A DNA stretch of 64,000 bases. Source: Acutalibacteraceae bacterium (lineage in GTDB: Bacteria; Bacillota; Clostridia; Oscillospirales; Acutalibacteraceae). The translations under genes and the position numbers were made by a program. The notes under the pieces were generated by a model. That model saw only the letters and a list, made by a program, of their open reading frames with translations. It had not been told where the DNA came from and ran no database searches. Below, piece by piece: positions 1 through 9,941 of the stretch (its first letter is position 1; each line of letters opens with the position of its first letter). Where the stretch lies: NCBI GenBank assembly GCA_045536955.1, contig JAZSOM010000037.1:16973-80972 (forward strand), given 5' to 3'.

Positions 1-5
1 GCACG

Positions 6-1955
6 ATGAATTCTCCGTATTACTGCTTCGACCAGTATGTGCGCTTCTTTGAAAAGCTCCTTGGCTCATATTGCGATGAAAACGGACAACCTCATCCGAC
101 TGCACAGGGGCTTGTGGTTTATAATCTCGGCTGGCGTATTACGTCAAATCTTCTCGTAACCGATTACGATGAAGACGTAAAAAAATCTCAGCTTGACACA
201 ATACGCAATCTCTTAAGTCGGGTCGATTCTAAAATAATTGCTGATTCAATTTATATTGATCCTTATCACATCAATGCGTTTATGGAGCTGAAAGGGCAGG
301 AGTATAAGGTTGTTTCCAACTCCCAGCTTCAGTGTGCTTATGTTAACGACTCTTTGATTTACGGTCAGCCTCACGTGATTTCTTTCAACACGTTCAAAGT
401 TTCCGACGGTAAACTTTATGTTTCTGGCTTTTTCAAGAATGGCGTCGGCTCATCAGAAAAAGTCAAGCTCTTCTGCAGTTTTTCAGATGGACGCATTCTT
501 GACATTCCGGTCGAAAAAACATCTTACAGCTACTACAAGAGCAAGAGCATAACCAATGATTTTGCAGGCTTTGATCTTGTCATTGATCTGCCTTATAAAG
601 TTTCGGTCTTTTTCAATGCCTGCGTAGACGGTCACAACTGTACGCCAAATGTTTTCTTCGGATTTAAGAGTGTTATAAATAAGTCAAAATGTACTGTTGC
701 CCACGGCGGATACGTTATTAATTTTGATCCTAACACAAGAGCTTTTTCATTTAAAAAAGCATCTGCCGGTGAGCTTGCAGCTGCAAGAGATAAGGCGGAT
801 AAAGCAGTTTATTCTGAAAGCAAGCCTGCATATATTTACCGCAAACTTGCACAGAAAACCGCAAGCAGTAAACGTATATGGCTTTACTGTGACCGTGAGG
901 GTATTTTTGATAATGCATATCATCAGTTTATCCATGATTTTGAGATAAAAGACGGTGTCGAAAGATACTATATTGTTGTTAATATCCAGGATGAAAAAGA
1001 ACATTTTACCGCTGCACAAAGAAAACGTCTTGTTCAGTTCAAGAGCCTTAAGCATAAGCTGCTTTTCTTTAACTGTGAGAAGGTTCTTGCTTCGTTTAAC
1101 TCGCTCTCGATTATGAGCCCGTTTGACGGTATGCCTCTTCGGTGGTATTCCGACATCATAAAGTGTGAGTTCGTTTATCTTCAGCACGGTATTCTCCATG
1201 CACGTCTGCCTATTCTTTATTCTAAGGGCAGGGCAAACGTTGATAAGGTTGTTATTTCGTCTGAGTTTGAACGGGAGAATTTTAAGCGTATCTACAATTT
1301 CAAGGATGCCGACCTGCTTGCAAGCGGTATGCCCAGGTTTGATGCTGTTGCAAAAGATACCGTTGCCGAGCGCAAGATTCTTTTCTCACCGTCATGGCGT
1401 AAGGATTTGATAGGCGAATACGAAAACAATACGCGTCAGCTTCTCGAACGCAAATTCCTCGCATCCGATTTCTATAAACAAATCAATGCGTTCCTCAATT
1501 CTCCCGAGCTTGCTCAGCTTCTTGAAAAATATGATTATCAGCTTGATTTCAAGAATCATCCTATCTTCAAGGATTATGACAAGTATTTTGAGGTTAACAA
1601 TCCGAGAATTTCCGTTACGCAGAAGATTGACGATATGGATAAATACGCTCTTATGATAACCGACTATTCATCAATCGTTTTCGATTTTGTTTATCTTGAC
1701 AGACCACTTCTTTATTTTGTGCCTGATTATGAGCTTTTCAGAGCAGGCATAACGCATGATTACAATAAGCTCGACCTTCCTCTCGAAGAAGCATTCGGCG
1801 ATCTTGCGATGACTGCTGAAGAGCTTCTCGCTAACCTCGAAAAGTTGATGGTTAACGGTATGAAGCCCGATGAAGTTTATGCAAAGCGCTGCGAAGAGTT
1901 CTTTATAACCAAGTCTGACCACTGTCAGAAGCTCTACGAAATGCTTACAAAATAA
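6..1955 (+). CDS. CDP-glycerol glycerophosphotransferase family protein (TagF/TagB-like); N-terminus may lie upstream of the window
   Basis: 649-aa ORF. The C-terminal half shows the TagF-family pattern (YLQHGI, GMPRFD, ILFSPSWR, ITDYSSIVFDFVYLDRPLLYFVPD). There is no in-frame stop between the window edge and the ATG at 6. A hairpin terminator follows. Confidence 0.75.
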   Translation: MNSPYYCFDQYVRFFEKLLGSYCDENGQPHPTAQGLVVYNLGWRITSNLLVTDYDEDVKKSQLDTIRNLLSRVDSKIIADSIYIDPYHINAFMELKGQEYKVVSNSQLQCAYVNDSLIYGQPHVISFNTFKVSDGKLYVSGFFKNGVGSSEKVKLFCSFSDGRILDIPVEKTSYSYYKSKSITNDFAGFDLVIDLPYKVSVFFNACVDGHNCTPNVFFGFKSVINKSKCTVAHGGYVINFDPNTRAFSFKKASAGELAAARDKADKAVYSESKPAYIYRKLAQKTASSKRIWLYCDREGIFDNAYHQFIHDFEIKDGVERYYIVVNIQDEKEHFTAAQRKRLVQFKSLKHKLLFFNCEKVLASFNSLSIMSPFDGMPLRWYSDIIKCEFVYLQHGILHARLPILYSKGRANVDKVVISSEFERENFKRIYNFKDADLLASGMPRFDAVAKDTVAERKILFSPSWRKDLIGEYENNTRQLLERKFLASDFYKQINAFLNSPELAQLLEKYDYQLDFKNHPIFKDYDKYFEVNNPRISVTQKIDDMDKYALMITDYSSIVFDFVYLDRPLLYFVPDYELFRAGITHDYNKLDLPLEEAFGDLAMTAEELLANLEKLMVNGMKPDEVYAKRCEEFFITKSDHCQKLYEMLTK

Positions 1956-1961
1956 GTTAAC

Positions 1962-2007
1962 AAAAAACAAGGCTCGTTAGGTTTTCCAAAACGAGCCTTG
2001 TTTTTTT
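1962..2007. terminator. bidirectional intrinsic terminator between convergent genes
   Basis: Stem ACAAGGCTCGT (1967-1977) / ACGAGCCTTGT (1991-2001), flanked by an A-run and a T-run. Confidence 0.8.
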
Positions 2008-2017
2008 ATGTGTTAAA

Positions 2018-2944
2018 TCAGCCTATAAAGTCGTCAATAAGTGTTGCGAGCTCTGCATCGTGGTTTTCTATGCAGAGATGACCTCCGCCTGATACGGTGT
2101 GTTTTACGGCGTTCGGGAAGGTTTCGTTGATCTGAGCTTTCATTGCATCTGTCAGTACGAGATCTTTGTCAGCTTGGACAAGAAGCACTGGCATATCAAG
2201 TGCTGAAATTTTTTCGAAATCGTTCGGCATTGCTTTTGCTGAGGTTATCATATTGCTGTAACCGGTGTTATGTATCTGAAGCGGTGCTGAAAAAAGTGAC
2301 AGGTCGTAGTCCATTGTGAAATCAAAGTCCATAAATGCCATAAGCGCAACAACTCTGAGCAGGGGAGTGACTTTAGTTAGATGTTCAAAAATAAAGTTTG
2401 CCATAGTGCCCATAATTTTTGAACTCATTATATCTGCCATAGCTCCTTCCATTGAAGCAATCGGGCAGGGGCAGAAAAGCATAAGCGATTGAATTTCCGG
2501 AGCAAGGCAAGCAATATTCATTGCAACACCGCCACCCATTGAGTGACCGGCGACGTGCCATTTGTTGATGGGAGCAATTGATTTCATCAGATTAATCACA
2601 AGTTCTTCGCGTGCCTTGTAATCTTTGTCGGAAACCTCGGTTTCTCTCGTGCTGTAACCAAAACCCGGAAGGTCAACAAGTACACATGTATAGCCATCGT
2701 CAATAAGCTCGTCTGCAATCGGTGCCCAGGTGCTTGTCGAGCAGCCGAAACCGTGAATCATAAGCACTTTTGCTTTTTCATTTTCGGCCTCAAATACGCG
2801 GTAGTGAAGTGTGTACGCACCTTCTTCGTAGTAAAAGCTGTTGTCAAACGGAGCTTCGTAGGAAGCGGCTGCTGTGAGTATAAACGGTATGAGCATCATA
2901 ACGGCACATATCAGAGATACAGCCTTTTTAACTTTTACGTTCAT
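2018..2944 (-). CDS. secreted or membrane-anchored alpha/beta hydrolase
   Basis: 308 aa. Hydrophobic N-terminus (LICAVMMLIPFILTAAA), HGFG oxyanion motif, GHSMGG nucleophile elbow, C-terminal GGGH. GGAG-type RBS upstream of the ATG. Confidence 0.8.
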   Translation of the reverse strand: MNVKVKKAVSLICAVMMLIPFILTAAASYEAPFDNSFYYEEGAYTLHYRVFEAENEKAKVLMIHGFGCSTSTWAPIADELIDDGYTCVLVDLPGFGYSTRETEVSDKDYKAREELVINLMKSIAPINKWHVAGHSMGGGVAMNIACLAPEIQSLMLFCPCPIASMEGAMADIMSSKIMGTMANFIFEHLTKVTPLLRVVALMAFMDFDFTMDYDLSLFSAPLQIHNTGYSNMITSAKAMPNDFEKISALDMPVLLVQADKDLVLTDAMKAQINETFPNAVKHTVSGGGHLCIENHDAELATLIDDFIG

Positions 2945-2955
2945 TTGGTTTCTCC

Positions 2956-3864
2956 TTATTCGTTGATCGTCGGTTTAAAGCCTTTGCCGATAATTTCATT
3001 GGCTTCGGTAATGATTGTAAATGTGTTGGGATCAATTGATTTTATGAGCTTTATTGCAGGAGCAACTTCGTTACTTCTAAGTACGCAGATGAGCATATTC
3101 TTTTCCTGACCGGTGTATGCGCCGGTTGCGGGTATTATGCTGACACCTCTTGGCGAGTTGTTAACAAGCTCTTTCGAGATTTCATCTGCGTGGTCGGTAA
3201 CAACCATAAGCATTTTGCTCTTTGCCATACCATAGAGAATATAGTCAATAACCTTTGAACTTACAAAAATAACAACTGCGGCGTAAAGCGCGCTTTCAAT
3301 ACTGCGGAAAACGATGGCAGAAATTGCTATAACCACCATATCACTGAACATAACGAGCTTGCCGTATGATATATGCGGCAGAATAAGCCTCAATAGTTTG
3401 CTGAGAACGTCGGTGCCGCCCGTTGTCGAGCCTCTTGCCGCAACAAGTGCGACACCCGCACCGAGGAGTGCACCGCTGAATATAGAAGCAAGCAGTGGGT
3501 CGTTGGTGTATTCGTAAGGGATAAGCGCAACAAGGTCAATGATGACTGAAAGCAAAATAGTGACCCAGAGCGTTTTTAGCACAAACTTCTTGCCGATAAA
3601 TTTAAGTGCAAGAAGAAGAACAGGTACGTTAAGCAAAAGGTTGACCGCACCTACGGGCAGATCGGTAAGATAGTTTATAACAATCGCAAGACCTGAAAAT
3701 CCGCCCTGGGATATTCTGTTTGGTACGTTGAAAAAATTAATCGCAAGTGCATAAAGCGTGCAACCGATTATCCAGACAATGTTGTCTGCAATAATATTTA
3801 ATACTTTTTTTGCCTTAGGGGAGAGAGGTTTTTTATTTTTCTTGCTCAATTGCTTCACCTTCAC
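2956..3864 (-). CDS. YitT family membrane protein (DUF2179 C-terminal domain)
   Basis: 302 aa, multi-pass. Duplicated GGFSG / GGTDV motifs and a soluble C-terminal domain typical of the YitT family. Overlaps the mrnC 3' end by 32 nt. Confidence 0.7.
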   Translation of the reverse strand: MKVKQLSKKNKKPLSPKAKKVLNIIADNIVWIIGCTLYALAINFFNVPNRISQGGFSGLAIVINYLTDLPVGAVNLLLNVPVLLLALKFIGKKFVLKTLWVTILLSVIIDLVALIPYEYTNDPLLASIFSGALLGAGVALVAARGSTTGGTDVLSKLLRLILPHISYGKLVMFSDMVVIAISAIVFRSIESALYAAVVIFVSSKVIDYILYGMAKSKMLMVVTDHADEISKELVNNSPRGVSIIPATGAYTGQEKNMLICVLRSNEVAPAIKLIKSIDPNTFTIITEANEIIGKGFKPTINE

Positions 3865-4249
3865 AGATAAATTTAAAAAGCTCTCGCATACGTTTAGCCT
3901 GACCGGTCAGATATAGATATCCGAAAAGTGCCTCGAACCCTGTTGCGTTATGGTAGTCTGCAACAGAAGCTCCCTTAGGCACGTGTGAAACCTTTGCGTT
4001 TCTGCCGCGCTTGAATGCGGTGTTTTCATCCTCGGTAAGCATCGGCAAAATTTTAGCGATTGCCGCAGCCTGCGCCGTTGCGCTTACAAAGCTTACGGCA
4101 AGTCTGTGCAGCTGTTCCGGCGGTCTGTTACCTTCAATTGCAAGATGCTCTCTGACGAGTATTTCATATACGGCATCGCCGATATATGCCAGTGAAATCG
4201 GGTTGAGAGAATTTGGCTTTATCTGTTCACATTCGAGCAAAGTTTCCAA
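3833..4249 (-). CDS. mrnC: Mini-ribonuclease 3
   Basis: 138 aa. RNase III catalytic signature LAYIGDAVYE near the N-terminus and no dsRNA-binding domain. TTG start 7 nt downstream of GGAGG. Confidence 0.85.
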   Translation of the reverse strand: METLLECEQIKPNSLNPISLAYIGDAVYEILVREHLAIEGNRPPEQLHRLAVSFVSATAQAAAIAKILPMLTEDENTAFKRGRNAKVSHVPKGASVADYHNATGFEALFGYLYLTGQAKRMRELFKFICEGEAIEQEK

Positions 4250-4263
4250 AATGATTCCTCCGG

Positions 4264-5535
4264 TTATGGTACATAGTCAAATTCGAGGTCATAGATAACA
4301 ACGGTATCGCCTTCGTTAATGCCAAGCTCGACCAGTCTGTTAAGTATGCCGCTTGTTTCGAGTACGCGCTGGAAATACTGAAGTGATTCATAGTCGTCGA
4401 GGTCTGTTCGCTGAAGAATTCTGAGCAGCCATTCCGCCTCAACAAAATAGACGTCATCCTCAACTCTGACGTTGAAGTTTTCGCCCTGTTCAAGCGGCAT
4501 ATCTTTGTTTGTGATTTCTTCGCTTTCAAATCTGACAACAGGGGGGAGCTTTGACAGCTTTTCGGCGACGGCATTGATAACCTCCTGCGTGCCCTCACAT
4601 ATCGGTGCACACATACGGTAAAGTTTGTGACCGTGATCCGCCATATATTTTTCGAGTCTTTCAAGTTGTTCGTCTGTTGCAAGGTCAATCTTGTTTGCAA
4701 CAACTACCTGCTCACGTGTTGCAAGTTCCTCGTTGAAGCGTGCAAGCTCAAGGTTGATTTTTTCAAAGTCTTCAATCGGGTCTCTGGCTTCACTGCCGGC
4801 AGCGTCAACAATATGAACAAGCATACGGCAACGTTCAACGTGACGGAGAAATTCGTGTCCGAGTCCTACACCTTCGCTCGCACCCTCGATAAGTCCGGGA
4901 ATATCGGCAATTACGAATGAGTTGCCTTCGCCCATTCGTACTACGCCGAGCACGGGTGTTATTGTTGTGAAGTGATAATCGGCAACAATCGGTTTTGCTT
5001 CGCTTACCACCGAAATAAAGCTTGATTTGCCGACATTCGGGAAACCGAGAAGTCCAACGTCGGCGATGAGCTTCAGCTCAAGTGAAACCTCCCATTCCTC
5101 GCCGGGTGCGCCTTGCTTTGCGAAACGTGGAGCCTGACGTGTTGCCGTTGCAAAGTGAGGGTTGCCCCAACCGCCTCTGCCGCCCTTTGCAGCTATGAAA
5201 GGCTTGTCGTCAGAAAGGTCTGCCATTATTTTGCCCGTTTTTACCTCTCGTATAACAGTACCGAGCGGAACCTTAATTATAAGATCTTCGCCTCTTTTGC
5301 CGTTTTTTCTTCCGGATTGTCCGTTTGCACCGCTCTGTGCGGTGTATTTCCTTTTGTAGCGGAAGTCGGCGAGTGTTGATAGGTTGGTGTCAACCTTGAA
5401 TACAATGTCGCCGCCTTTGCCGCCGTCACCGCCGTCGGGTCCGCCTGAGGCAATGTATTTTTCGCGGTGGAAGGCAACGCAGCCATCGCCGCCTCTGCCT
5501 GCTTTGATTGTTATTTTCGCAATATCTACAAACAT
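4264..5535 (-). CDS. obg: GTPase Obg/CgtA
   Basis: 423 aa. Gly-rich Obg fold (GRGGDGCVAF, GGPDGGDGGKGG), G1 GFPNVGKS, G3 DIPG, G4 NKID, C-terminal OCT-like domain. Confidence 0.95.
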   Translation of the reverse strand: MFVDIAKITIKAGRGGDGCVAFHREKYIASGGPDGGDGGKGGDIVFKVDTNLSTLADFRYKRKYTAQSGANGQSGRKNGKRGEDLIIKVPLGTVIREVKTGKIMADLSDDKPFIAAKGGRGGWGNPHFATATRQAPRFAKQGAPGEEWEVSLELKLIADVGLLGFPNVGKSSFISVVSEAKPIVADYHFTTITPVLGVVRMGEGNSFVIADIPGLIEGASEGVGLGHEFLRHVERCRMLVHIVDAAGSEARDPIEDFEKINLELARFNEELATREQVVVANKIDLATDEQLERLEKYMADHGHKLYRMCAPICEGTQEVINAVAEKLSKLPPVVRFESEEITNKDMPLEQGENFNVRVEDDVYFVEAEWLLRILQRTDLDDYESLQYFQRVLETSGILNRLVELGINEGDTVVIYDLEFDYVP

Positions 5536-5550
5536 TGTTCTTTACCTTTC

Positions 5551-6795
5551 TTATGAAAGCTCGTGTATGAAGAGTCCGCTGAGAAGCTTGGGCTCAAACC
5601 ACGTTGATTTAGGCGGCATAATGAGTCCGGCATCAGCAATGTCAATCAGGTCATCAAGTGTGGTGGGGTACATGGAGAATGCGAGTTTCATATCTTTTGA
5701 AGCTCTTTTTTCAAGCTCCTTAATCCCTCTGATACCTCCTACAAAGTCGATACGTTTGTCTGTGCGCGGGTCAGTGATGCCAAAAACAGGAGAAATAAGG
5801 TTGTTTTGAAGAATTGAAACGTCAAGCCGTTCGACGGGATTGCTTGCATCAAAAGTGCCTTCTTTTGCAGTTAGCTTATACCATCTGCCTTCGACGTACA
5901 TACCGAACGTGTGCTTTTCGGTCGGCTTATAGGGCTCTGTGCCGCTTACCGCTTCGAAAGTAAATTTTTCACTTATGAGGGTGAGCAGCTGGTTGCGTGT
6001 GTATCCGTTCAGGTCGCGTATAAGGCGATTATAATCCATTATCTCAAGTTCGTCGCAGGGGAAAGAAACTGCAAGAAAACGGTTGAATTCTTCGTTACCT
6101 GTGTAATCTGGATTTTCTTCTCTTCTCATAAGACCCACCCTGACAGCAGATGCGCAGCGGTGGTGACCGTCTGCAATATAGAGAGAATCGATCTTGTCAA
6201 ATTCGAGCGTGATTGTTTCAGTTACTTCACGGTCGTCAATTACCCATACCGTCTGCTGAACGCCGTCTGATACAAAATCGTATTCCGGGCTGTGGTTTGT
6301 CTGCCAAGCGGCAATTATTTCTTTTATTGCTTCACCGTTTTTGTAGGTGAGGAATATCGGACCTGTGTTTGCGTTGCAGGTGTTGACGTGATTAATTCTG
6401 TCCTGCTCTTTATCCGCTCTTGTAAGTTCGTGTTTCTTTATTTTGTTTTCAATATAGTCATCGATCGATGCGCAGCCTGCAAGACCTGTCTGACTTCTGC
6501 CGTTCATAATCTGCCTGTAAATGAAGAAACAGGGGATGTTGTCTTTTTGGCAGATGCCATCCGTGATAAGCTTGCTGAGGTTTTCGGCAGCCTTTGCGTA
6601 TACTGCACTGTCGTAAAGGTAAGTATCTGCAGGAAGGTCAATCTCTGCCTTATCCACGTGAAGAAATGAGTAAGGGTTATCTTTGACCATTTCGGCAGCT
6701 TCTGTGCTGCTCATAACGTCATAGGGGAGTGCGGCAACCTTATCGGCATACTTCTTGTCGGGGCGCACGGCTTTGAAGGGTTTGAAACAAGCCAT
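5551..6795 (-). CDS. DUF1015 family protein
   Basis: N-terminal FKPFKAVRP and internal YIADGHHR motifs typical of DUF1015. The ATG at 6795 is preferred over the GTG at 6801 because of its spacing from AGGAGA. Confidence 0.8.
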   Translation of the reverse strand: MACFKPFKAVRPDKKYADKVAALPYDVMSSTEAAEMVKDNPYSFLHVDKAEIDLPADTYLYDSAVYAKAAENLSKLITDGICQKDNIPCFFIYRQIMNGRSQTGLAGCASIDDYIENKIKKHELTRADKEQDRINHVNTCNANTGPIFLTYKNGEAIKEIIAAWQTNHSPEYDFVSDGVQQTVWVIDDREVTETITLEFDKIDSLYIADGHHRCASAVRVGLMRREENPDYTGNEEFNRFLAVSFPCDELEIMDYNRLIRDLNGYTRNQLLTLISEKFTFEAVSGTEPYKPTEKHTFGMYVEGRWYKLTAKEGTFDASNPVERLDVSILQNNLISPVFGITDPRTDKRIDFVGGIRGIKELEKRASKDMKLAFSMYPTTLDDLIDIADAGLIMPPKSTWFEPKLLSGLFIHELS

Positions 6796-6911
6796 AAACA
6801 CTGATTCTCCTTGGTAATATATTTATACACATATAAAATTTACAACTTTTAATACATAAAGTCAATAATATTATAGAATAAAGAATTATTGTATAAAATG
6901 ACAGAAAAGTA

Positions 6912-6940
6912 GTGACATTTCACAAAAAGTATGCTATAAT
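6912..6940 (+). promoter_or_regulatory. sigma-A type promoter for the phoH-ybeY-dgkA-era cluster
   Basis: GTGACA (6912-6917), 17-nt spacer, TGc-TATAAT extended -10 (6932-6940). Confidence 0.55.
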
Positions 6941-6986
6941 TCTGTAAAATTATACTATTTTATTTTGTATGATATTGTGAGGAGAA

Positions 6987-7970
6987 TTGCCCTTGTTTGA
7001 ACAGACGGTTAATATAGACAGAATGGAGCACGCCGTAAGTTTATTCGGAAGCTTCGATGAAAACATCAGAAAAATTGAACATGAATACGGCGTAGCTGTT
7101 GTCAGCCGGGGCTCCGAGCTTAAAGTAAGCGGTGAGGCTGACGGTGTATCAAAAGCCGTGCGCGCTATCAACGGTCTGCTTACCCTTATAAACAAAGGCG
7201 AAGCGCTTACAGACCAGAATGTACGCTATGTTATGACTCTTGTAGGCGAAGGTAACGAAAATCAGATATCGTCAATGGGTAACGATTGTGTCTGTATTAC
7301 CTCCAAGGGCAGGCCTGTAAAACCCAAAACGCTCGGCCAGAAAAATTATATTGAGGCAATTCGCAATAATACGATTGTTTTTGGTGTAGGTCCTGCGGGT
7401 ACAGGTAAAACTTACCTTGCCGTTGCAATGGCGGTTAATGCCTTCCGTGCAAAAGAGGTTAACCGCATTATTCTCACAAGACCTGCCGTTGAAGCAGGTG
7501 AAAAGCTCGGTTTCCTGCCGGGTGATCTTCAGCAGAAGGTAGACCCTTATCTGCGTCCTCTCTACGATGCGCTGTTTGATATGCTCGGTGCAGAAAATTT
7601 TCAGAAATATCAGGAGCGTGGCAGCATTGAGGTTGCCCCGCTTGCATATATGCGAGGCAGAACACTTGATGACAGTTTTGTTATTCTTGATGAAGCGCAG
7701 AACACAACGCCGGAGCAAATGAAGATGTTTCTCACACGTCTCGGCTTTAATTCAAAAATGGTCATAACGGGTGACGTAACGCAGATTGATTTGCCTGACG
7801 GTAAGCGCTCGGGTCTTGTCGAAGTAATAAGAATACTCAAAAATGTTGACGATATAGAAACAATAGCATTTAATGATAAAGATGTTGTTCGCCACAGACT
7901 TGTTCAGGATATTGTAAAGGCTTATGCCAAATACGAAGAACGCAAAAAGAGCAGCAAAGAGAGGAGCTAA
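6987..7970 (+). CDS. phoH: PhoH-like ATPase
   Basis: Walker A GPAGTGKT, Walker B ILDEAQN, PhoH-family C-terminus. Start is ambiguous (TTG 6987 or TTG 6993; GAGGAG at 6979-6984 favours 6993). Confidence 0.9.
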   Translation: MPLFEQTVNIDRMEHAVSLFGSFDENIRKIEHEYGVAVVSRGSELKVSGEADGVSKAVRAINGLLTLINKGEALTDQNVRYVMTLVGEGNENQISSMGNDCVCITSKGRPVKPKTLGQKNYIEAIRNNTIVFGVGPAGTGKTYLAVAMAVNAFRAKEVNRIILTRPAVEAGEKLGFLPGDLQQKVDPYLRPLYDALFDMLGAENFQKYQERGSIEVAPLAYMRGRTLDDSFVILDEAQNTTPEQMKMFLTRLGFNSKMVITGDVTQIDLPDGKRSGLVEVIRILKNVDDIETIAFNDKDVVRHRLVQDIVKAYAKYEERKKSSKERS

Positions 7971-7976
7971 GATAAC

Positions 7977-8486
7977 GTGAAAAACAAAGTAATCATTACA
8001 GACGAACAGACAAAGGTAAAAATTCCTACGGGATTGCGCCTGCTTGTCAGAAGAAGCTGTACGGCTGTGCTTGTGAACGAAGGTTTTGAGGGCTCGGCAG
8101 AGGTCAGTGTTACTTTTGTTGACGATGAGCGTATACAGGAGCTCAATAAGCAGTATCGCAACATTGATTCTTCAACCGATGTTCTCTCGTTTCCTCTCGG
8201 CGAAAACGGTGTTTATGACGATAATCCCGAAACGGGCGCAAAAATGCTCGGCGATATTGTGATTTCAATGGAGCACGCTGTTGCTCAGGCAGAGCTTTAT
8301 GAACATACGCTGCAGCGTGAGGTTGCTTTTCTCACTGTTCACTCTATGCTTCACCTGCTCGGTTATGACCACGTAAACGGCGGCCTTGAGCGCGTACGTA
8401 TGAGAGAAAAGGAAGAAGAAGTGCTTATCAAGCTCGGTCTTCACCGTACAAGCAGCTATTATCTTGGCGAGGATGACGAGGGCTGA
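7977..8486 (+). CDS. ybeY: rRNA maturation endoribonuclease YbeY
   Basis: 169 aa. Zinc motif HSMLHLLGYDH (H-x3-H-x5-H). Conserved position after phoH. Confidence 0.9.
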   Translation: MKNKVIITDEQTKVKIPTGLRLLVRRSCTAVLVNEGFEGSAEVSVTFVDDERIQELNKQYRNIDSSTDVLSFPLGENGVYDDNPETGAKMLGDIVISMEHAVAQAELYEHTLQREVAFLTVHSMLHLLGYDHVNGGLERVRMREKEEEVLIKLGLHRTSSYYLGEDDEG

Positions 8487-8488
8487 TT

Positions 8489-8977
8489 ATGCTTAACTTT
8501 CTTAAAAGCTTTGTGTATGCCTTCAGAGGTGTAGGGTTCGGCATTGTCAATGAGCGTAATATGCGTGTGCACTTTTGCTGTTTGGGTTATATGCTGTTCT
8601 TTCTGCTTCGGTACGATTTTTTTGTGGTTGAGCGTACGGAGTGGGCGGTTCTTGCCGTTGCGGCTGCGCTTGTAATTGTTGCGGAATATATCAACACTGC
8701 TGTTGAGCGTGCGGTTGATACTGCCGCTAAAGGTGAGAAAACAGAGTCTGCCCGCATTGCCAAGGATACTGCAGCAGGTGCCGTGCTGGTGGCAACCTTG
8801 TTTGCGGTGGCGGTCGGATTCATTATTCTTTATCAGCCTGCGGCATTCAGCGCTCTTTTTGCTTATTGGGCGTCAAATCCCGTCAGCCTTGTGCTGTTTA
8901 TTGTCAGCTTTATCATAGCGGTGCTGTTTATGTTTATCAGCCCGAAGACTTATCTCAGAAAATTCAGGAGAAAATAA
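8489..8977 (+). CDS. dgkA: diacylglycerol/undecaprenol kinase
   Basis: 162 aa, 3 predicted TM helices. DAGK_prokar-like motifs (NERNMRVH, EYINTAVERAVD). Confidence 0.8.
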   Translation: MLNFLKSFVYAFRGVGFGIVNERNMRVHFCCLGYMLFFLLRYDFFVVERTEWAVLAVAAALVIVAEYINTAVERAVDTAAKGEKTESARIAKDTAAGAVLVATLFAVAVGFIILYQPAAFSALFAYWASNPVSLVLFIVSFIIAVLFMFISPKTYLRKFRRK

Positions 8978-8980
8978 AAT

Positions 8981-9874
8981 ATGATCGAACAGAAAACTGC
9001 GTTTATTGCCATTGTAGGTTGTCCGAATGTAGGTAAATCTTCAATTCTCAATAAGCTTCTCGGTGAAAAAATTGCAATTGTTTCGGATAAGCCGCAGACA
9101 ACACGCACACGTATTATGGGCGTGCTGACTCTCGATGAAACTCAGCTTGTCTTTACCGATACGCCCGGCTTTCACAGACCTAAAACAAAGCTTGGCGAAA
9201 AGATGATTAAAGCTGTTGATGAAACGATTTCAGGTGTTGATGCCTGCCTTTTTGTTGTCGAGCCCAAGGGTGAGCTTCGTCCTACGGAGGAAGAGCTTCT
9301 CAAGAAGTTTGCTCAACAGAAGGCTCGTGTTGTTCTTGCAATAAATAAAGTTGATACAGTACCGGAAAAAGAAGACCTTATGAAGAGGATACTCGAGTTT
9401 TCGCAGCTTTATGATTTTGAGGCAATTGTTCCTGTGTCGGCTGTCAAGGGCGATAATATGGAACCACTTCTTGATGAGCTTATGAAGCTTGCTGAGCCCG
9501 GTTACCATTTCTTCCCCGAAGATACTCTGACAGACCAGCCGGAGCGTGTGCTTGCCGCTGAGATGCTTCGTGAGAAGCTTCTGCGTAACCTTGATAAGGA
9601 AATTCCCCACGGAACGGCAGTAAGTATTGAACGTATGCGAGAGCGTGACGATGCTGAAATTATTGATATAGAGGCAATTATTTACTGCGAAAAAGAGAGC
9701 CATAAGGGCATAATCATCGGCAAAAAAGGCGATATGCTCAAGCGTATATCGACACGTGCACGCGAAGATATGGAACGCTTTTTTGACTGCAAGGTGAACC
9801 TCAAATGTTGGGTTAAGGTCAAGGAAGATTGGCGCAACAGAGAGGGGCTTATCCACAATTTCGGCCTGGATTGA
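8981..9874 (+). CDS. era: GTPase Era
   Basis: G1 GCPNVGKS, G3 DTPG, G4 NKVD and a C-terminal KH domain. Confidence 0.95.
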   Translation: MIEQKTAFIAIVGCPNVGKSSILNKLLGEKIAIVSDKPQTTRTRIMGVLTLDETQLVFTDTPGFHRPKTKLGEKMIKAVDETISGVDACLFVVEPKGELRPTEEELLKKFAQQKARVVLAINKVDTVPEKEDLMKRILEFSQLYDFEAIVPVSAVKGDNMEPLLDELMKLAEPGYHFFPEDTLTDQPERVLAAEMLREKLLRNLDKEIPHGTAVSIERMRERDDAEIIDIEAIIYCEKESHKGIIIGKKGDMLKRISTRAREDMERFFDCKVNLKCWVKVKEDWRNREGLIHNFGLD

Positions 9875-9941
9875 TATTATTTCCATTCATAATTTTATCC
9901 TTTGCTTCACAACTTAAAAATATGAAAGGTGTGTTGCATAT

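Noticed and set aside
4227-4703. A 158-aa minus-strand ORF overlapping obg in another frame.
   Set aside because: It is fully nested in the strongly supported obg gene. The product is low-complexity with no start signal.
5384-5809. 141-aa ORF with a Pro-rich stretch (PPLPPSPPSGPPEA).
   Set aside because: It is the reverse complement of the Gly-rich Obg fold coding region and the DUF1015 3' end. It is an artefact of GGN codon repeats.
9849-9857. A perfect DnaA box, TTATCCACA.
   Set aside because: It is a single copy inside the era coding sequence. There is no cluster, no AT-rich DUE, and no dnaA or dnaN nearby.
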